Positions 11,028-21,063 are shown, counted from the first letter of the stretch. The stretch: 64,000 nucleotides of DNA from an uncultured Planctomycetota bacterium (GCA_963835245.1 CAWIEZ010000001.1:156543-220542); one strand, 5' to 3'. The notes: generated from the sequence alone by a model not told the origin. Program-made: numbers and translations.

Positions 11028-13935
11028 ATGATTCGCAAAACCTCGTGTGTCCTCTTCTCCTTTGTCATCTTATCCGCCGCTGCTCGCGCCGCCGATCCTT
11101 CGCCTGTCGAACAGGCACTGGCCCGCGAGATAATCGGCCCGCGTCAGGCGCTTCTCGACGTGCAAGAGCGCATCGCCTCGCGCATTCCGCGCATGCCGAA
11201 TGTGAAGAGCCGCGACGAGTGGGAAAAGTACGCTCAGCGGCTCCGCCGCGACATTCTCGATCGCATTGTCTTTCGCGGCGAGGCCGCCGCTTGGCGCGAT
11301 GCCAAATGTCAGGTGAAATGGTTCGATGCCATTGCCGGCGGTCCCGGTTATCGCATCCGCAAACTGCGCTACGAGGCACTTCCTGGATTGTGGATACCAG
11401 CTCTTCTGTACGAACCGGACAACCTATCGGGCAAAGTGCCGGTGGTGCTGGCCGTCAACGGCCACGAACGCCAAGGCAAGGCGGCGGACTACAAACAGAT
11501 CCGTTGCATCAATCTCGCCAAGCGCGGCATGCTCGTCCTCAATGTCGAATGGCTGGGCATGGGGCAGTTGAGCAAACCGAGCTTGCAGCACTACCGCATG
11601 AATCAACTCGACCTGTGCGGCACAAGCGGATTGGCGCCGTTCTACCTGGCGATCACGCGCGGTCTCGACGTACTGTTGTCGCTGCCAGGCGCCGATACCG
11701 AGCGCGTCGCCGTCAGCGGTCTGTCCGGCGGCGGTTGGCAAACGATATTCGGCAGTTCGCTCGATCTGCGCGTCAAGCTGGCGAATCCGGTCGCCGGTTA
11801 CTCCAGCTTCCGCGTCAAATACCGCGATCATTTCAAGGATCTCGGCGATTCCGAGCAGACGCCGTGCGATCTCGGCACCCTCGCCGATTACACCCATCTG
11901 ACCGCCCTGCGCGCGCCGCGGCCAACGCTGTTGACGTTCAATGCCAAGGACAATTGTTGTTTCGAGGCCGGCTATGCACTGCCGCCGTTGCTCGATGCCG
12001 CTCGGCCCATTTTCAAGCTGTACGGGAAGGAAACGGCGCTGCGCACCCACGTCAACGATGATCCCGGCACGCACAACTACGAGAAAGACAATCGGCAAGC
12101 GTTCTACCGCATGATCGGCGATTTCTTCTATGCCGGCGATAAAAAGTATCGTGCCGAGGAAATACCATCCGAAAAAGAGGTCAAAACTCCACAAGAACTA
12201 GAGGTCGATCTGCCGATGGGCAACGCCGACTTCAACGCGCTAGCCCTGGATTTGGCGAAGAAGCTGCCGCGCGTGCCGGCACTGCCGGCGCAGCGCTCGA
12301 CGGCGGAAAAATGGCAACAGGTACAACGCGGTAAACTCCGTTCTCTTGTCCGCGCGGAGAATTTCACCGTGAAGGCGACGCGCTGCGGCGACAGCGAGAA
12401 GGACGGCTTAAAGGCGACATTCTGGAAACTGCGTGTCGGCGAAAAGTGGACAGTGCCCGTCGTCGAACTGCGGCGTGGCGATCCGAAGAACACCGTGATT
12501 CTGCTCAACGACGCCGGCCGCCGTGCCGATGCCGTCAACGCCGAGCGCTTGCTGCGTATGGGGCTGCGCGTCTTGGCCGTCGATCTGTTCTATTTCGGCG
12601 AAGCGAAGCTGATGGGCGAGGATCTGCACAAGCAGAAACCGCGCGATTTTCTGCTGGCACTGCTGTTGGCCTGCGTCGGAGATCGACCGCTCGGCGTGCA
12701 GGCGAGCGAGCTATCCGCCGTGGTGCGCTGGTCGATGGCCGAGCATAAAAACGGCCCGCTCGCCATCGCCGCTGTGGGACCGCGCATGAGTCTGATTTCG
12801 CTGGTCGCGGCCGCCCTCGAAGAGAAGGCCATCGGTCTTCTGGAATTGCGCGGCGCGCTCGGCAGCCTCAAAGAGATTGTCGAGCAGAATCGTTCGGTGG
12901 ATCAGATGCCGGAGATGTTTTGTTTCGGTCTTCTCGAAGCGTTTGATGTCAAGCAGTTGACAGCGCTCGTGGCTCCGCGGCAGGTGTCGTTGGCGGGAGC
13001 CAGCGAACGGGCGCGGAAAGAGTTAGCCGATCTGCATACGTGGTACTCCGTATTTGGCCGCAGCTTCGATCCAATTCTCGGCCCCTTGCCGGCTGGAGTC
13101 AAGCTCGTCCGCGATCTGCCCTACATACCCGACGGCCACGAGCGCCACAAACTAGATCTGTATCTGCCGGAGAAGGCGCGCGGCCCGCTGCCGGTGATCG
13201 TCTTCGTCCACGGCGGCGGCTGGGCGGGCGGCAGCAAAGACGCGGGCCGTCAGTTTCTACTGTTTGTTTCCAAAGGTTACGCCGTCGCCGCCATCAATTA
13301 TCGGCTCAGTCAACATGCCGTCTTCCCCGCCCAGATTGAGGATTGCAAAACGGCCGTGCGCTGGCTGCGCGCAGGCGATAAAATATAACCTCGATGCCCG
13401 CCGCTTCGGCGCCATCGGCGAATCGGCGGGCGGCCATCTCGTCGCTCTGCTCGGCACGACCGGCCACGCCAAGGAACTGGAGGGCAAGGGCAACCTCGAT
13501 CAATCCAGCCGCGTGCAAGCGGTGGTGGACTGGTACGGTCCCACCGACCTGACGCGGATGGGATCGCGGTTCGCTCGCGCCGATTCTCCCACGGGCAAGT
13601 TGATCGGCGGTCCCGTCGCCGACAACAAGGACAAAGCCGCCAAGGCCAACCCCATCGCCTACATCACCAAGGACGCCGCTCCGTTTCTGATTCTGCACGG
13701 CACGCGCGACCCCCTCGTGCCGATGGAGCAAAGCGATTTGCTGCACGACGCGCTGAAAAAAACCGGCGTCGAGACAACCATCATGCGCATCGAGGGTGCC
13801 GGACACGGCGGCCCGCAATTTCATACGCCGGAGGTGCTGAAAAGCATTGAGGAATTTTTCGATCGGCATCTCAAGGCCGCCAATTCGTCTGAGGAAAAGA
13901 AGAAAGCCACCCGCGGGGGAGCGGGTGGCTCATAA
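11028..13935 (+). CDS. two-domain secreted alpha/beta-hydrolase (acetyl-xylan-esterase/dienelactone-hydrolase-like plus esterase/lipase domain); apparent frameshift near 13360-13375
   Basis: Signal peptide. GLSGGGWQT nucleophile elbow in the first domain. C-terminal domain has HGGGWAGG ... GESAGGHL ... HGTRDPLVP (catalytic Ser/His region). The 11028 frame ends at 13388 and continues in the 13264 frame. Confidence 0.75.
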
Positions 13936-14370
13936 AGGGGTTCGGGGACTTGCATTATAGGCATGAGGGGGATGGGAGAAGCGTCGCTCAGGCACTCGCT
14001 TTCGAGGGAACGCGGCGGCATGCGTCGAAGGGACGGGGGAGTCTCTCGACGACCTTCGCGTTCCCCCACACGGACGGGGTAGCCGTGGGCGAAGCGGTGG
14101 GGGAGACCGTTCGCCAACCGTGCGAGTACCCGACCGTCGCTTCCACTTATCGGTCGGGTCGCCTTTGGTAATTGCAAGCACCGTGCCGGAAAACCGTACA
14201 CGGATGCTGAAGGGGATTAAGTGACGTATGGACAAGCGTTTAAGATTTTCCGTTCTCCTCTGTGAATGCCACGGAGAATGATGGACATTTGTAAAAACGA
14301 GTCGGAGCGTGTAACTGCTACCATTCGGCCACAGGTCCATTGCCATTCTTGCCTAATGTAGGCTGTCTTG

Positions 14371-14451
14371 GTAGGGTGGGTCGAGCGCAGCGAGACCCAC
14401 CGGGGAGTGGCGGGTTCCCCGGTGGGTCTCGCTGCGCTCGACCCACCCTAC
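14371..14451. repeat. 36-bp perfect inverted repeat (9-nt loop) in a convergent intergenic region
   Basis: gtagggtgggtcgagcgcagcgagacccaccgggga / loop gtggcgggt / exact reverse complement. Lies at the left edge of the lower-GC island. Confidence 0.9.
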
Positions 14452-14490
14452 AACTGAAGGAGAAGGACCACATCAGCCGAAACAGCCGAA

Positions 14491-14967
14491 TCACGACACC
14501 GAGGGAAGCGGGAGAAAGATTATCGGCGTTCCCTCTTTGATGACCTTCAAGAAGACCGTATCGATCTTACCCTCGCCATATCCATAGAGAACCGGCCGTT
14601 CCTTTTTCAGTAGTTCAGGGAGCCTCTTCTTATCGAGAGGTTTACCATCGCTGCCGATCAGCTTGATTTCCTTGGCATCGTAGGTTTGATCTTCCCAACC
14701 TTCGACTGTCTCGTAAAAAGTGTGTTTTTCTTCAACTTCCTTACCATCTCGAATGATGCGCGTTGCCGTCAGCGAGACATAGCGACTTGTCCAGATTTTG
14801 AGAACGAGTTGACCTTTCTTATTCAGCCGTGCCATCGCCGCCGAAAGATTCCATGATTCTGATAAGACGGGAAACGGTGGAGGCGGTTTGGGAGCAGACG
14901 GCGTATCGGCGCACAGTCCCGTCGCCACGATGGCTCCAAGAATCGCCACGAATAGCATGCGTTTCAT
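14491..14967 (-). CDS. hypothetical secreted protein
   Basis: Start MKRMLFVAILGAIVATGLCADTPSAP (signal). ~158 aa. No domain hit. The 20-bp repeat array lies directly upstream. Confidence 0.5.
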   Translation of the reverse strand: MKRMLFVAILGAIVATGLCADTPSAPKPPPPFPVLSESWNLSAAMARLNKKGQLVLKIWTSRYVSLTATRIIRDGKEVEEKHTFYETVEGWEDQTYDAKEIKLIGSDGKPLDKKRLPELLKKERPVLYGYGEGKIDTVFLKVIKEGTPIIFLPLPSVS

Positions 14968-15016
14968 GTCAGATGCTCCTTTCAGGGGCTTTGCAATAGA
15001 ACTGCCAAAATGACAG

Positions 15017-15092
15017 GCGTTCTCTTGCAGGCCAGTTCGTTTTCTTTCAACTGAATGGGTTCTCTTGCAGATGAACGGGTTTTCTTGCAAGC
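15017..15092. repeat. array A: 4 direct repeats of core TTCTCTTGCA(G/A) at exact 20-bp spacing
   Basis: Cores at 15020, 15040 (degenerate TTTCTTTCAA), 15060, 15080. 27-53 bp upstream of the minus-strand gene start at 14967. Confidence 0.85.
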
Positions 15093-15113
15093 CGCCATCG
15101 GGCAACAGTTTAG

Positions 15114-15440
15114 CTAAGGATTGGCGTTGCCAGCGTGAGGATTCGCCCCTCCCTGCTGTGGAGGCAGAGCTTGCTTCGCAATAATTACGCCCGTAACCAC
15201 TGTCCCGGCTGGCAAAGAGATTTGAGCGCCCCCGTCATTAAAGACGTATGCGTGGGCAAGGGTGATCGTAAGATGAGCGCCAATGGGCAAGTTAGCCGCA
15301 ACGTCATCAACCAGCACTGGACGACTTCCCCCGACCCAGATGTCCAAGGCAATGTTGTAGCGAAACACGGTTTGTTCCCCCTCGCCTAGCTCTAGCCAGC
15401 CAACCCTCGTGGTGGATTGTAGGGGAAAGCTGCGGGACAT
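15114..15440 (-). CDS. hypothetical protein
   Basis: 108-aa ORF in the island. Coding-like but no domain. Confidence 0.35.
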   Translation of the reverse strand: MSRSFPLQSTTRVGWLELGEGEQTVFRYNIALDIWVGGSRPVLVDDVAANLPIGAHLTITLAHAYVFNDGGAQISLPAGTVVTGVIIAKQALPPQQGGANPHAGNANP

Positions 15441-15463
15441 CCCAGCAACGGCTCAGTGGATGC

Positions 15464-15754
15464 TCACCGCCCCGAAAGACGAATCTTGTGCCCGCCTTTG
15501 GTGGTAAACTCCTCGGCGTTTGGCGGCTCGTAGGTCAAGATGGCCTCTCTTGCCAGCATTGCGGCATCTCGAACGCGATCCACGGCCCGGTCCCTATCCA
15601 CGGACCACGGCACGTTCTCAATTACCACCTTGGCGAACGCCTTCGCCGCTTCGTTGATAGCAGCGTATCGTTCTGCGTCCTCTGGCCGAGGGAACTTGCT
15701 GGCAAAATCGCGGTCCAGTTGCTCGATGCGTGTTTCATCAACAGATTTGAACAT
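15464..15754 (-). CDS. hypothetical protein
   Basis: 96 aa. AAGGAG RBS 7 nt upstream of the ATG at 15754. Confidence 0.5.
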   Translation of the reverse strand: MFKSVDETRIEQLDRDFASKFPRPEDAERYAAINEAAKAFAKVVIENVPWSVDRDRAVDRVRDAAMLAREAILTYEPPNAEEFTTKGGHKIRLSGR

Positions 15755-15771
15755 ACTGCTCCTTAAAAAAA

Positions 15772-15796
15772 GAAACGGGCCGGTTAAGGCCCGTTT
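15772..15796 (-). terminator. rho-independent terminator-like hairpin (AAACGGGCC-GGTTAA-GGCCCGTTT) with 7-U tract on the minus strand
   Basis: Palindrome followed (minus orientation) by the TTTTTTT run at 15762-15770. Downstream of the transposase/small-protein operon. Confidence 0.55.
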
Positions 15797-15826
15797 TAAG
15801 AGAGTGTCGTTGGCGATTTTTTGTGA

Positions 15827-16093
15827 CTACTTCACGCGCACGACTACAACCTCTTCGCCGCACCACGGACAGAACCGTATCTCGGTGAGGCCCAAAATGC
15901 AGTTGCCACTCCTCTGCATGTGGTGCGACGTGAAGATGTTCACTTCCCTGCTGGTGGTGCGCCGGTGGCCTTTGACGCCGAAGCCGACAAGGATGTCCCA
16001 CTCGTCCTGCATCTCTCGACAGCAAAAGTGGACAGCGATTTGCTCGTAGACAGTCTCGTAGCGACCACAACCAGATCGGTATGTAACGCGCAT
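15827..16093 (-). CDS. small Cys-rich (zinc-ribbon-like) protein co-transcribed downstream of the SWIM-DDE transposase
   Basis: 88 aa (…HFCCREMQ…CPWCGEE…). GAGGAG RBS overlaps the transposase stop. Start is 12 nt after the transposase stop. Confidence 0.45.
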   Translation of the reverse strand: MRVTYRSGCGRYETVYEQIAVHFCCREMQDEWDILVGFGVKGHRRTTSREVNIFTSHHMQRSGNCILGLTEIRFCPWCGEEVVVVRVK

Positions 16094-16104
16094 GGTGCTA
16101 CTCC

Positions 16105-17379
16105 TCAGTTCAAGAGGGCAGGGACGGCTGGCTTCTCCGCAGGCCAGAACACCGGCTCGACGCCTAACTCGATCTGCGATTGGTGGATGACACAGATGTT
16201 GTGGCAGAGGAACTTGCACAGCACTTCGTTTTTCATCGCCACGTCCGTCCTGCTCCGCACATGGTCGCGGAACTTCGCCTTCACCATGCTGAACGTACTC
16301 TCCGCATTGCTGCGCTGATGGTAATGACTCAGGAAGTCCTCGCGGTGAAGCTGGTAGTACAGGTACATTTTCTCCCACAGGCTTCCTGCCTCACCGGGTT
16401 GGCTGTTGCACTTGAAGGGAATGAAGGCCGTGCCGCCAAGACGCTGCACCAGTTCAAGGTTGTCGTGGCTGAGGTAGCCCTTGTCGGCGGGCACTTCCTT
16501 GACCGTGAAGTTCTTGGCCGTGGTTTTCACGAGGTCTTCAAAGAGCGGACAGTCGTTCGCGTCCCGGTCCAAAATCTCAACCGACGTGACGATGTTCGTC
16601 TTGACGCCGCAGATGGCATGAGCCTTCACCCAATCATGCCCGCTCCGCGTTGTGCCGTACTTCTCGTCGAACCACCGCACGAAGCGGCTGGTGGAGAAGC
16701 CGGTGCTGTCGGGGGCGAAGACGGTTTCGACGGCCCGGAGCGGCAGACTGCTCTGGACGATGAGTTGCTTGAGAAGCGGCGTCATCGGCTCGTATTCGAG
16801 ATAGGCACACACGCTGACGCTGTGCATCTTGTGGGAGAGGTAGCCTTTGGCGTAGGCATGTTTCAGGTCGGTGTCGAAGCGTCGGCTGGAAAAGGTCGTG
16901 TAGACCTTGAGGGCTGAGGCGAACACCATGTCCGACATCTCGGTGCGTTTCCGACCCGTCTTGGGCTGCGGGGCGGGAGGCACGGTGCGGCACAGGTCGA
17001 ACAGGAGCGCTTGAAAGCGGTCCTTCTCGGTCATCTGGGCTTCGTTGTACTTCGGCCAGTCCTGCTTGTAGGTCTTCTTCTCGGTGAACGTGATCGAGCG
17101 GGTTTCCGTCACCGTGCCGTCTGGGTTTTGTTCGCGGCGAATGGTGATTTCGACGGCGTACAGGTGCTTGCACTTGTGACCTTCTTCCTTGTGGTCAGGA
17201 CAGGTGCAGGTACAGTGGGTCGGGTCTACTTCGTACTTTTTGTCGTTCTTGGACTGCGACGGCACGAGCCAGATGCCATCATCGCGGCGCTGAAGCTTGC
17301 AGAGCGCGGCGATGATGATGCCGCGCTCCTCGCGTAGCTTGGCAGACGTGGGCTTGGGGGTGGTGGTTTGAGCGGTCAT
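16105..17379 (-). CDS. IS4/IS5-superfamily DDE transposase with N-terminal SWIM zinc finger (copy 1, intact)
   Basis: SWIM CxCxnCxH (CTCTCPDHKEEGHKCKHLYAV). DDE_Tnp_1 signatures ADKGYLSH and HQRSNAESTFSMVKAKF (R..E..F..K). 424 aa. Confidence 0.8.
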   Translation of the reverse strand: MTAQTTTPKPTSAKLREERGIIIAALCKLQRRDDGIWLVPSQSKNDKKYEVDPTHCTCTCPDHKEEGHKCKHLYAVEITIRREQNPDGTVTETRSITFTEKKTYKQDWPKYNEAQMTEKDRFQALLFDLCRTVPPAPQPKTGRKRTEMSDMVFASALKVYTTFSSRRFDTDLKHAYAKGYLSHKMHSVSVCAYLEYEPMTPLLKQLIVQSSLPLRAVETVFAPDSTGFSTSRFVRWFDEKYGTTRSGHDWVKAHAICGVKTNIVTSVEILDRDANDCPLFEDLVKTTAKNFTVKEVPADKGYLSHDNLELVQRLGGTAFIPFKCNSQPGEAGSLWEKMYLYYQLHREDFLSHYHQRSNAESTFSMVKAKFRDHVRSRTDVAMKNEVLCKFLCHNICVIHQSQIELGVEPVFWPAEKPAVPALLN

Positions 17380-17515
17380 AGCGAAAAATCCCTTTCCGGT
17401 TCACGGCGGGATGCGCTATAATGCTCTTGAGCAGAACGCATTCGGGCGCGACCCGCCTGAGTGTGTCTTGGCCCGCGCTTCTGTTACCAGCAGAGGCGCG
17501 GGCTTTTCTTTCTGC

Positions 17516-17526
17516 CTACATTGTAG
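17516..17526. promoter_or_regulatory. candidate RHH operator palindrome CTACATTGTAG in the transposase/RHH divergent promoter region
   Basis: The same CTACA-N-TGTAG palindrome recurs in the copy-2 divergent region (23030-23040). Related half-sites at 17591-17600 and 22947-22956. Confidence 0.35.
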
Positions 17527-17604
17527 TAAACATCTGTCCACGAATCAATAGCGGTAGACATTTTTTGTTTGACTTTTTGCTACTTTTTGTCTACACTGAG
17601 CGTC

Positions 17605-17814
17605 ATGGTACGACGAAGGAAAGACCCGAAACTCAGGATGGCAAAAGACCTTCGCATCCCCGTTACGGATGAGTTGAAGCGGTTGATTGAGGAAGCAACC
17701 AGCGATGAACCGGAAGGGATGGCGGCTTGGGCGAGGGGTGTTTTACGGGAAGCCGCTCAGAGGAAGGTGTCAGGCCGCGAGCGACCACAGGAGCCGCCCG
17801 ACGAGAAGGCGTAA
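17605..17814 (+). CDS. ribbon-helix-helix (Arc/CopG-like) small DNA-binding protein, divergent from transposase copy 1
   Basis: LRIPVTDELKRLIEEA...WARGVL aligns with LRIRLTEEERAMLDQVA...WARSEL of the 22748..22942 protein. Both sit divergent to a SWIM-DDE transposase. Confidence 0.5.
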   Translation: MVRRRKDPKLRMAKDLRIPVTDELKRLIEEATSDEPEGMAAWARGVLREAAQRKVSGRERPQEPPDEKA

Positions 17815-17875
17815 GCAACTTCGGCTGCGGTCCTTGCGGTCGTGGCAGCGGGCGTGTATGCTGTTGAGCTAGACG

Positions 17876-20128
17876 GTGGCGGTCGGGACAGTCCTCACCG
17901 AGCCGTCTGAGTCGCTTTTCGAGAGGGGCCGAGCGATGGCCCAACGCGAAAGTCCCACTCAGTTCGAGCTTGAGGCAGGCGCTCAAGTTCCCCACACACC
18001 CTATTGGCTCGTTCAGAGCATTGGCAAGGGATACTTCGGGGAAGTCTGGAAGGCCGTCCATCCGACGAGGGGCGAATTATACGCCCTCAAGTTCTGCAAG
18101 AGACGAGAGGCTCTCCCCTCGTTTCGTAACGAGGTACGGCATCTCGACCGGATCAAGAAGGCGGGCACTTTCGAGGGTTTCGTCGTCCTCAAAGAAATCT
18201 TTGACGAAGAGACCCGCGAGTTGCCCTTCGTCGCCTACGAGTACATTGAGGGCGTGGACTTTGGGAAGCTCCTCGAAAAGCGCTTTGCCGAGAGTGGGCG
18301 GTTCACCCCGTTTGAGGCAGCGGAAGTGATCTACGAACTGGCGAGCATCATGGCTCGCATCCACACCCTCAAAGACCCCATCGTCCACCGCGACCTCAAA
18401 CCATCGAATATCCTCCTTCTCAACGACCGACCGCCGTGGCGGTTCAAGATCGCGGACTTCGGACTGGGCGTCTTGGCGGTGGATGAGGCTCGCGCCGAAG
18501 AACTCACTCTGACCGACATCGGGCGCTGGATGCCGGGGGCCGGTACTCTTTTGTATATGTCCTACGAGCAGCGCTACCCTGAGCATGTGGGCGATCTTGG
18601 AAATCCATCCGATGACGTTCATGCGCTCGGAGTGATCTGGTACGAACTACTAACCAAAGGGCTGCACCAAACCTGTCTCCCGTGGACGTGCGCAATCGGA
18701 GAAAAGCCTCGTCTCAAGTGGCCTTTTTGGCCTCCGAGCCTAAGTCCCAAGACCTTCCCTTGGAAACGTCTTCGGAAAATGTTGCTCAAGCGCGGCATGA
18801 CGGAGCCAGAAGCAGACTTGCTTGAGTCCTGCCTGAAACGTCGTCCGCATCGGCCAGAACATGCCGGGGTGCTGGCGGCAAAAATCCGTGAGCTATACCC
18901 GCCACTCCGAGAAGAGGCACGCAAGGACGCTGCCGAACTGGAACGACAACGGCGAACTGGATGTGACTGGCTAGGATGCCTTTATCGGGTTGCCAAGAAG
19001 CAATTGGATACATGGAGCCAAGGTGCAAACCACTCCATCCCAGAAGCACACTGGCTCAAAGGTTTGTGCTTCCAGCATGGCATCGGCATGTACGCCGATC
19101 TCGACAAGGCGCGGGAGTGCTTTAGGTGGGCCTCCATCGCCGAATATCCTAATGCTCGGTGTGACTTGGCACTGCTGGACGCTGAGGATCAACGCGAACA
19201 AGCACTGGAACTTCTCAAGAAGGCTGCGGACCAAGGCCATGCGGAAGCTGCCTTTCGGCTCGCCAAGCTATTGTCAGAAGGCAGAGCGATTGACGTGCTT
19301 CCTTTCGTGCCTTCGGGCGACCCGGATGCTATTGCTGCATTGGTGACATGGAACGGCGAAGACGAAACAGGCACAGACTGTTGGGCAGGGGATCAGCAAC
19401 TCCTCGCACGTTACATTCTCCATTTATGCGACGGAGGAGAAGCACCAGAGCTTCCTATTGGCGTCCAATATGATGAGTTTGAGCGCCCGCCAAACGTGGA
19501 TATATTCGTTCTTGGCTATTCTTCGTGTGGAGTGCCACCCATCCGACTCTTGCTCGATTGTCCCATTGGCGAACTGCTCAATCTGTCGCCAGAAGTCAAT
19601 CATCATCTCGTAGAAGTATTTGGTCGTATGTCAGAAGAAGAGATGAAAGTGCTTCCGCCAAGACTGAAAGACATCTTGTCGCTCACAGAGAAAGAGTATT
19701 CTCTTAAAGGGGGAGCCGAATGCACATTTGCGGCGATGCGAGCGATGCTGGCTCAGTTGTGGTGTGATCCGTGGCTCATTGCGCAGCAGAAGACGAGAGA
19801 GTTCGTTGAGAAGGCTGCAAGCCTTGGATGCGCCAAGGCTCAGTTATGGCTTGCCAAGGTGTGCGATGAACAGGAAAGACCAGTAGAGGCCGAGAAATGG
19901 CTTCGCCTTGTGGCTCGACGTGAGAATTGGGAGGGGACGTGGCAGGGGCAGTTGCAACTCGCCAAACAGTTATTCGCTTTTTTCAAAACCCACGAGAAAA
20001 CAGATGGAGCCAAATGGTGTTTAGACGAGGCTTTTTCATGGTGCGCGCGTGCCAAGACTATCGCAGACGAAGTTGCTTGGATTAGGAGTGGCGGCGATGA
20101 ATTACTCGACAGAATATGGGCAAGTTAG
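17876..20128 (+). CDS. Ser/Thr protein kinase (Hanks-type) fused to C-terminal Sel1/TPR-like repeats
   Basis: Kinase subdomains GKGYFGEV…ALK, HRDLKPSNILL, DFG. C-terminal Sel1-like units (AHWLKGLCFQHGIGMYADLDKARECFRWA; DQGHAEAAFRLAKLL). The start may be the Met at 17936. Confidence 0.8.
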   Translation: MAVGTVLTEPSESLFERGRAMAQRESPTQFELEAGAQVPHTPYWLVQSIGKGYFGEVWKAVHPTRGELYALKFCKRREALPSFRNEVRHLDRIKKAGTFEGFVVLKEIFDEETRELPFVAYEYIEGVDFGKLLEKRFAESGRFTPFEAAEVIYELASIMARIHTLKDPIVHRDLKPSNILLLNDRPPWRFKIADFGLGVLAVDEARAEELTLTDIGRWMPGAGTLLYMSYEQRYPEHVGDLGNPSDDVHALGVIWYELLTKGLHQTCLPWTCAIGEKPRLKWPFWPPSLSPKTFPWKRLRKMLLKRGMTEPEADLLESCLKRRPHRPEHAGVLAAKIRELYPPLREEARKDAAELERQRRTGCDWLGCLYRVAKKQLDTWSQGANHSIPEAHWLKGLCFQHGIGMYADLDKARECFRWASIAEYPNARCDLALLDAEDQREQALELLKKAADQGHAEAAFRLAKLLSEGRAIDVLPFVPSGDPDAIAALVTWNGEDETGTDCWAGDQQLLARYILHLCDGGEAPELPIGVQYDEFERPPNVDIFVLGYSSCGVPPIRLLLDCPIGELLNLSPEVNHHLVEVFGRMSEEEMKVLPPRLKDILSLTEKEYSLKGGAECTFAAMRAMLAQLWCDPWLIAQQKTREFVEKAASLGCAKAQLWLAKVCDEQERPVEAEKWLRLVARRENWEGTWQGQLQLAKQLFAFFKTHEKTDGAKWCLDEAFSWCARAKTIADEVAWIRSGGDELLDRIWAS

Positions 20129-20520
20129 TTCATCGGCGGCGGTAGCTGACTCTGTGACGGGAAGTGCTGTGACAGATTACCCTGCTCCAAACGCTGTTTC
20201 TTGTTGGCGAGGTATTTGTAAACGGGCTGAAAGGCGTTCATTGCTTGACTTGACAACTTTTCCAGTTCTTCCGCGTTCACTTGTTCATCATCAAGCCAAG
20301 CATTTTCAAGCACTCCGTCCAAGTAGGAGAGTTTCTTGTACGTTTCAACCGCCCATTTCAGCGCTTCATCGAGGTTACGCCGGTCTGCTTCTTGTTCCAA
20401 GCGTGCTATATTCTCGCGCGATTGGTTGAATTGTGGCTGTGGCGGTTGCTCCCCCGGCAAGCGGTTCAATGCTTCACGAATGTTCTTTCGGCCCTTCTGC
20501 CAATCTTTGAAATAGCCCAT
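20125..20520 (-). CDS. hypothetical protein
   Basis: 132 aa starting MGYFKDWQKGRKNIREALNR. Coding-like. The ORF-track N-terminal extension overlaps the opposite-strand gene and is not credited. Confidence 0.45.
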   Translation of the reverse strand: MGYFKDWQKGRKNIREALNRLPGEQPPQPQFNQSRENIARLEQEADRRNLDEALKWAVETYKKLSYLDGVLENAWLDDEQVNAEELEKLSSQAMNAFQPVYKYLANKKQRLEQGNLSQHFPSQSQLPPPMN

Positions 20521-20613
20521 AATGCTCCCCAATGACTTTGCAGATATATAGAGCAAGACAGGGTTTTTTTTTGATGAAAGCGCATTTGACCAACCGCCAA
20601 GAGGCCGAGCGCC

Positions 20614-21063
20614 TTGTCCAGCAACAGGGCTTCGGCATCCTCGCGCCAACTCTACCAGCACATCGCGGACTCCAATGCCACCGAATGCACCTTCCACTTG
20701 ATGCCGCTGCCCGCCAAGCAAGTCGAACTGATCGTCAGCGACAACGACTCCCACCGCTTCACGGACCTGAACCACGTCCAAGCGGTCTTCAATGAATTAC
20801 TCATGTTGGCCTACTGCCAGAAGGCCAAACTCGCCACAACGAAGGGCACGGTCGTCTTCACGGAGCAGGGCATGGAAACGGCGCGCCTGCGGACGAACAT
20901 GGGCGCGGAGTTCTGGGCCACACTGGAAGGTGATGCCGAGCGCTACCGGCAGTTGGTGCAGGAGCTAGAGCGGGTGGTGGTGAGGCCGGGCTTACGGTTG
21001 GTTGTCCTTGTCCAAGAAGACGGGACGAGGATCGTCCGTGACGAAGAGGCCAAGGCACAATGA
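20614..21063 (+). CDS. hypothetical protein (possibly starts ~20563 with a frameshift near 20620)
   Basis: 149-aa ORF. The upstream in-frame-shifted segment MKAHLTNRQEAERLVQQQGFGI looks coding. Stop overlaps the next gene (ATGA). Confidence 0.4.
   Translation: MSSNRASASSRQLYQHIADSNATECTFHLMPLPAKQVELIVSDNDSHRFTDLNHVQAVFNELLMLAYCQKAKLATTKGTVVFTEQGMETARLRTNMGAEFWATLEGDAERYRQLVQELERVVVRPGLRLVVLVQEDGTRIVRDEEAKAQ

Noticed and set aside
11424-12194. 256-aa minus-strand ORF (and similar antisense ORFs at 6366-7007, 1748-2407, 16180-16917, 31326-32285, 53518-54600, 55057-55941)
   Set aside because: All lie opposite well-supported genes and have the R/A/G/P-rich composition of out-of-frame high-GC sequence.
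13950-14201. ORFs 13950..14171(+) and 13821..14201(-) as possible genes; also a possible tmRNA/RNase P RNA
   Set aside because: They are short, mutually overlapping, and have no RBS or domain signal. I looked for tmRNA (UUCGACGGG…tag ORF…CCA end), RNase P P4 and SRP motifs and did not find them.
15540-16070. ORFs 15540..16049(+) and 15738..16070(-) between the small genes and the transposase
   Set aside because: They overlap the better-supported minus-strand small Cys-rich gene (RBS + coupling) and the terminator. Their composition is not protein-like.
17470-17510. Hairpin GCCCGCGC…GCGCGGGC + TTTTCTTTCT as a terminator in the transposase/RHH divergent region
   Set aside because: No upstream plus-strand gene would end there. 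It may instead be part of the promoter/operator architecture. Left unannotated.
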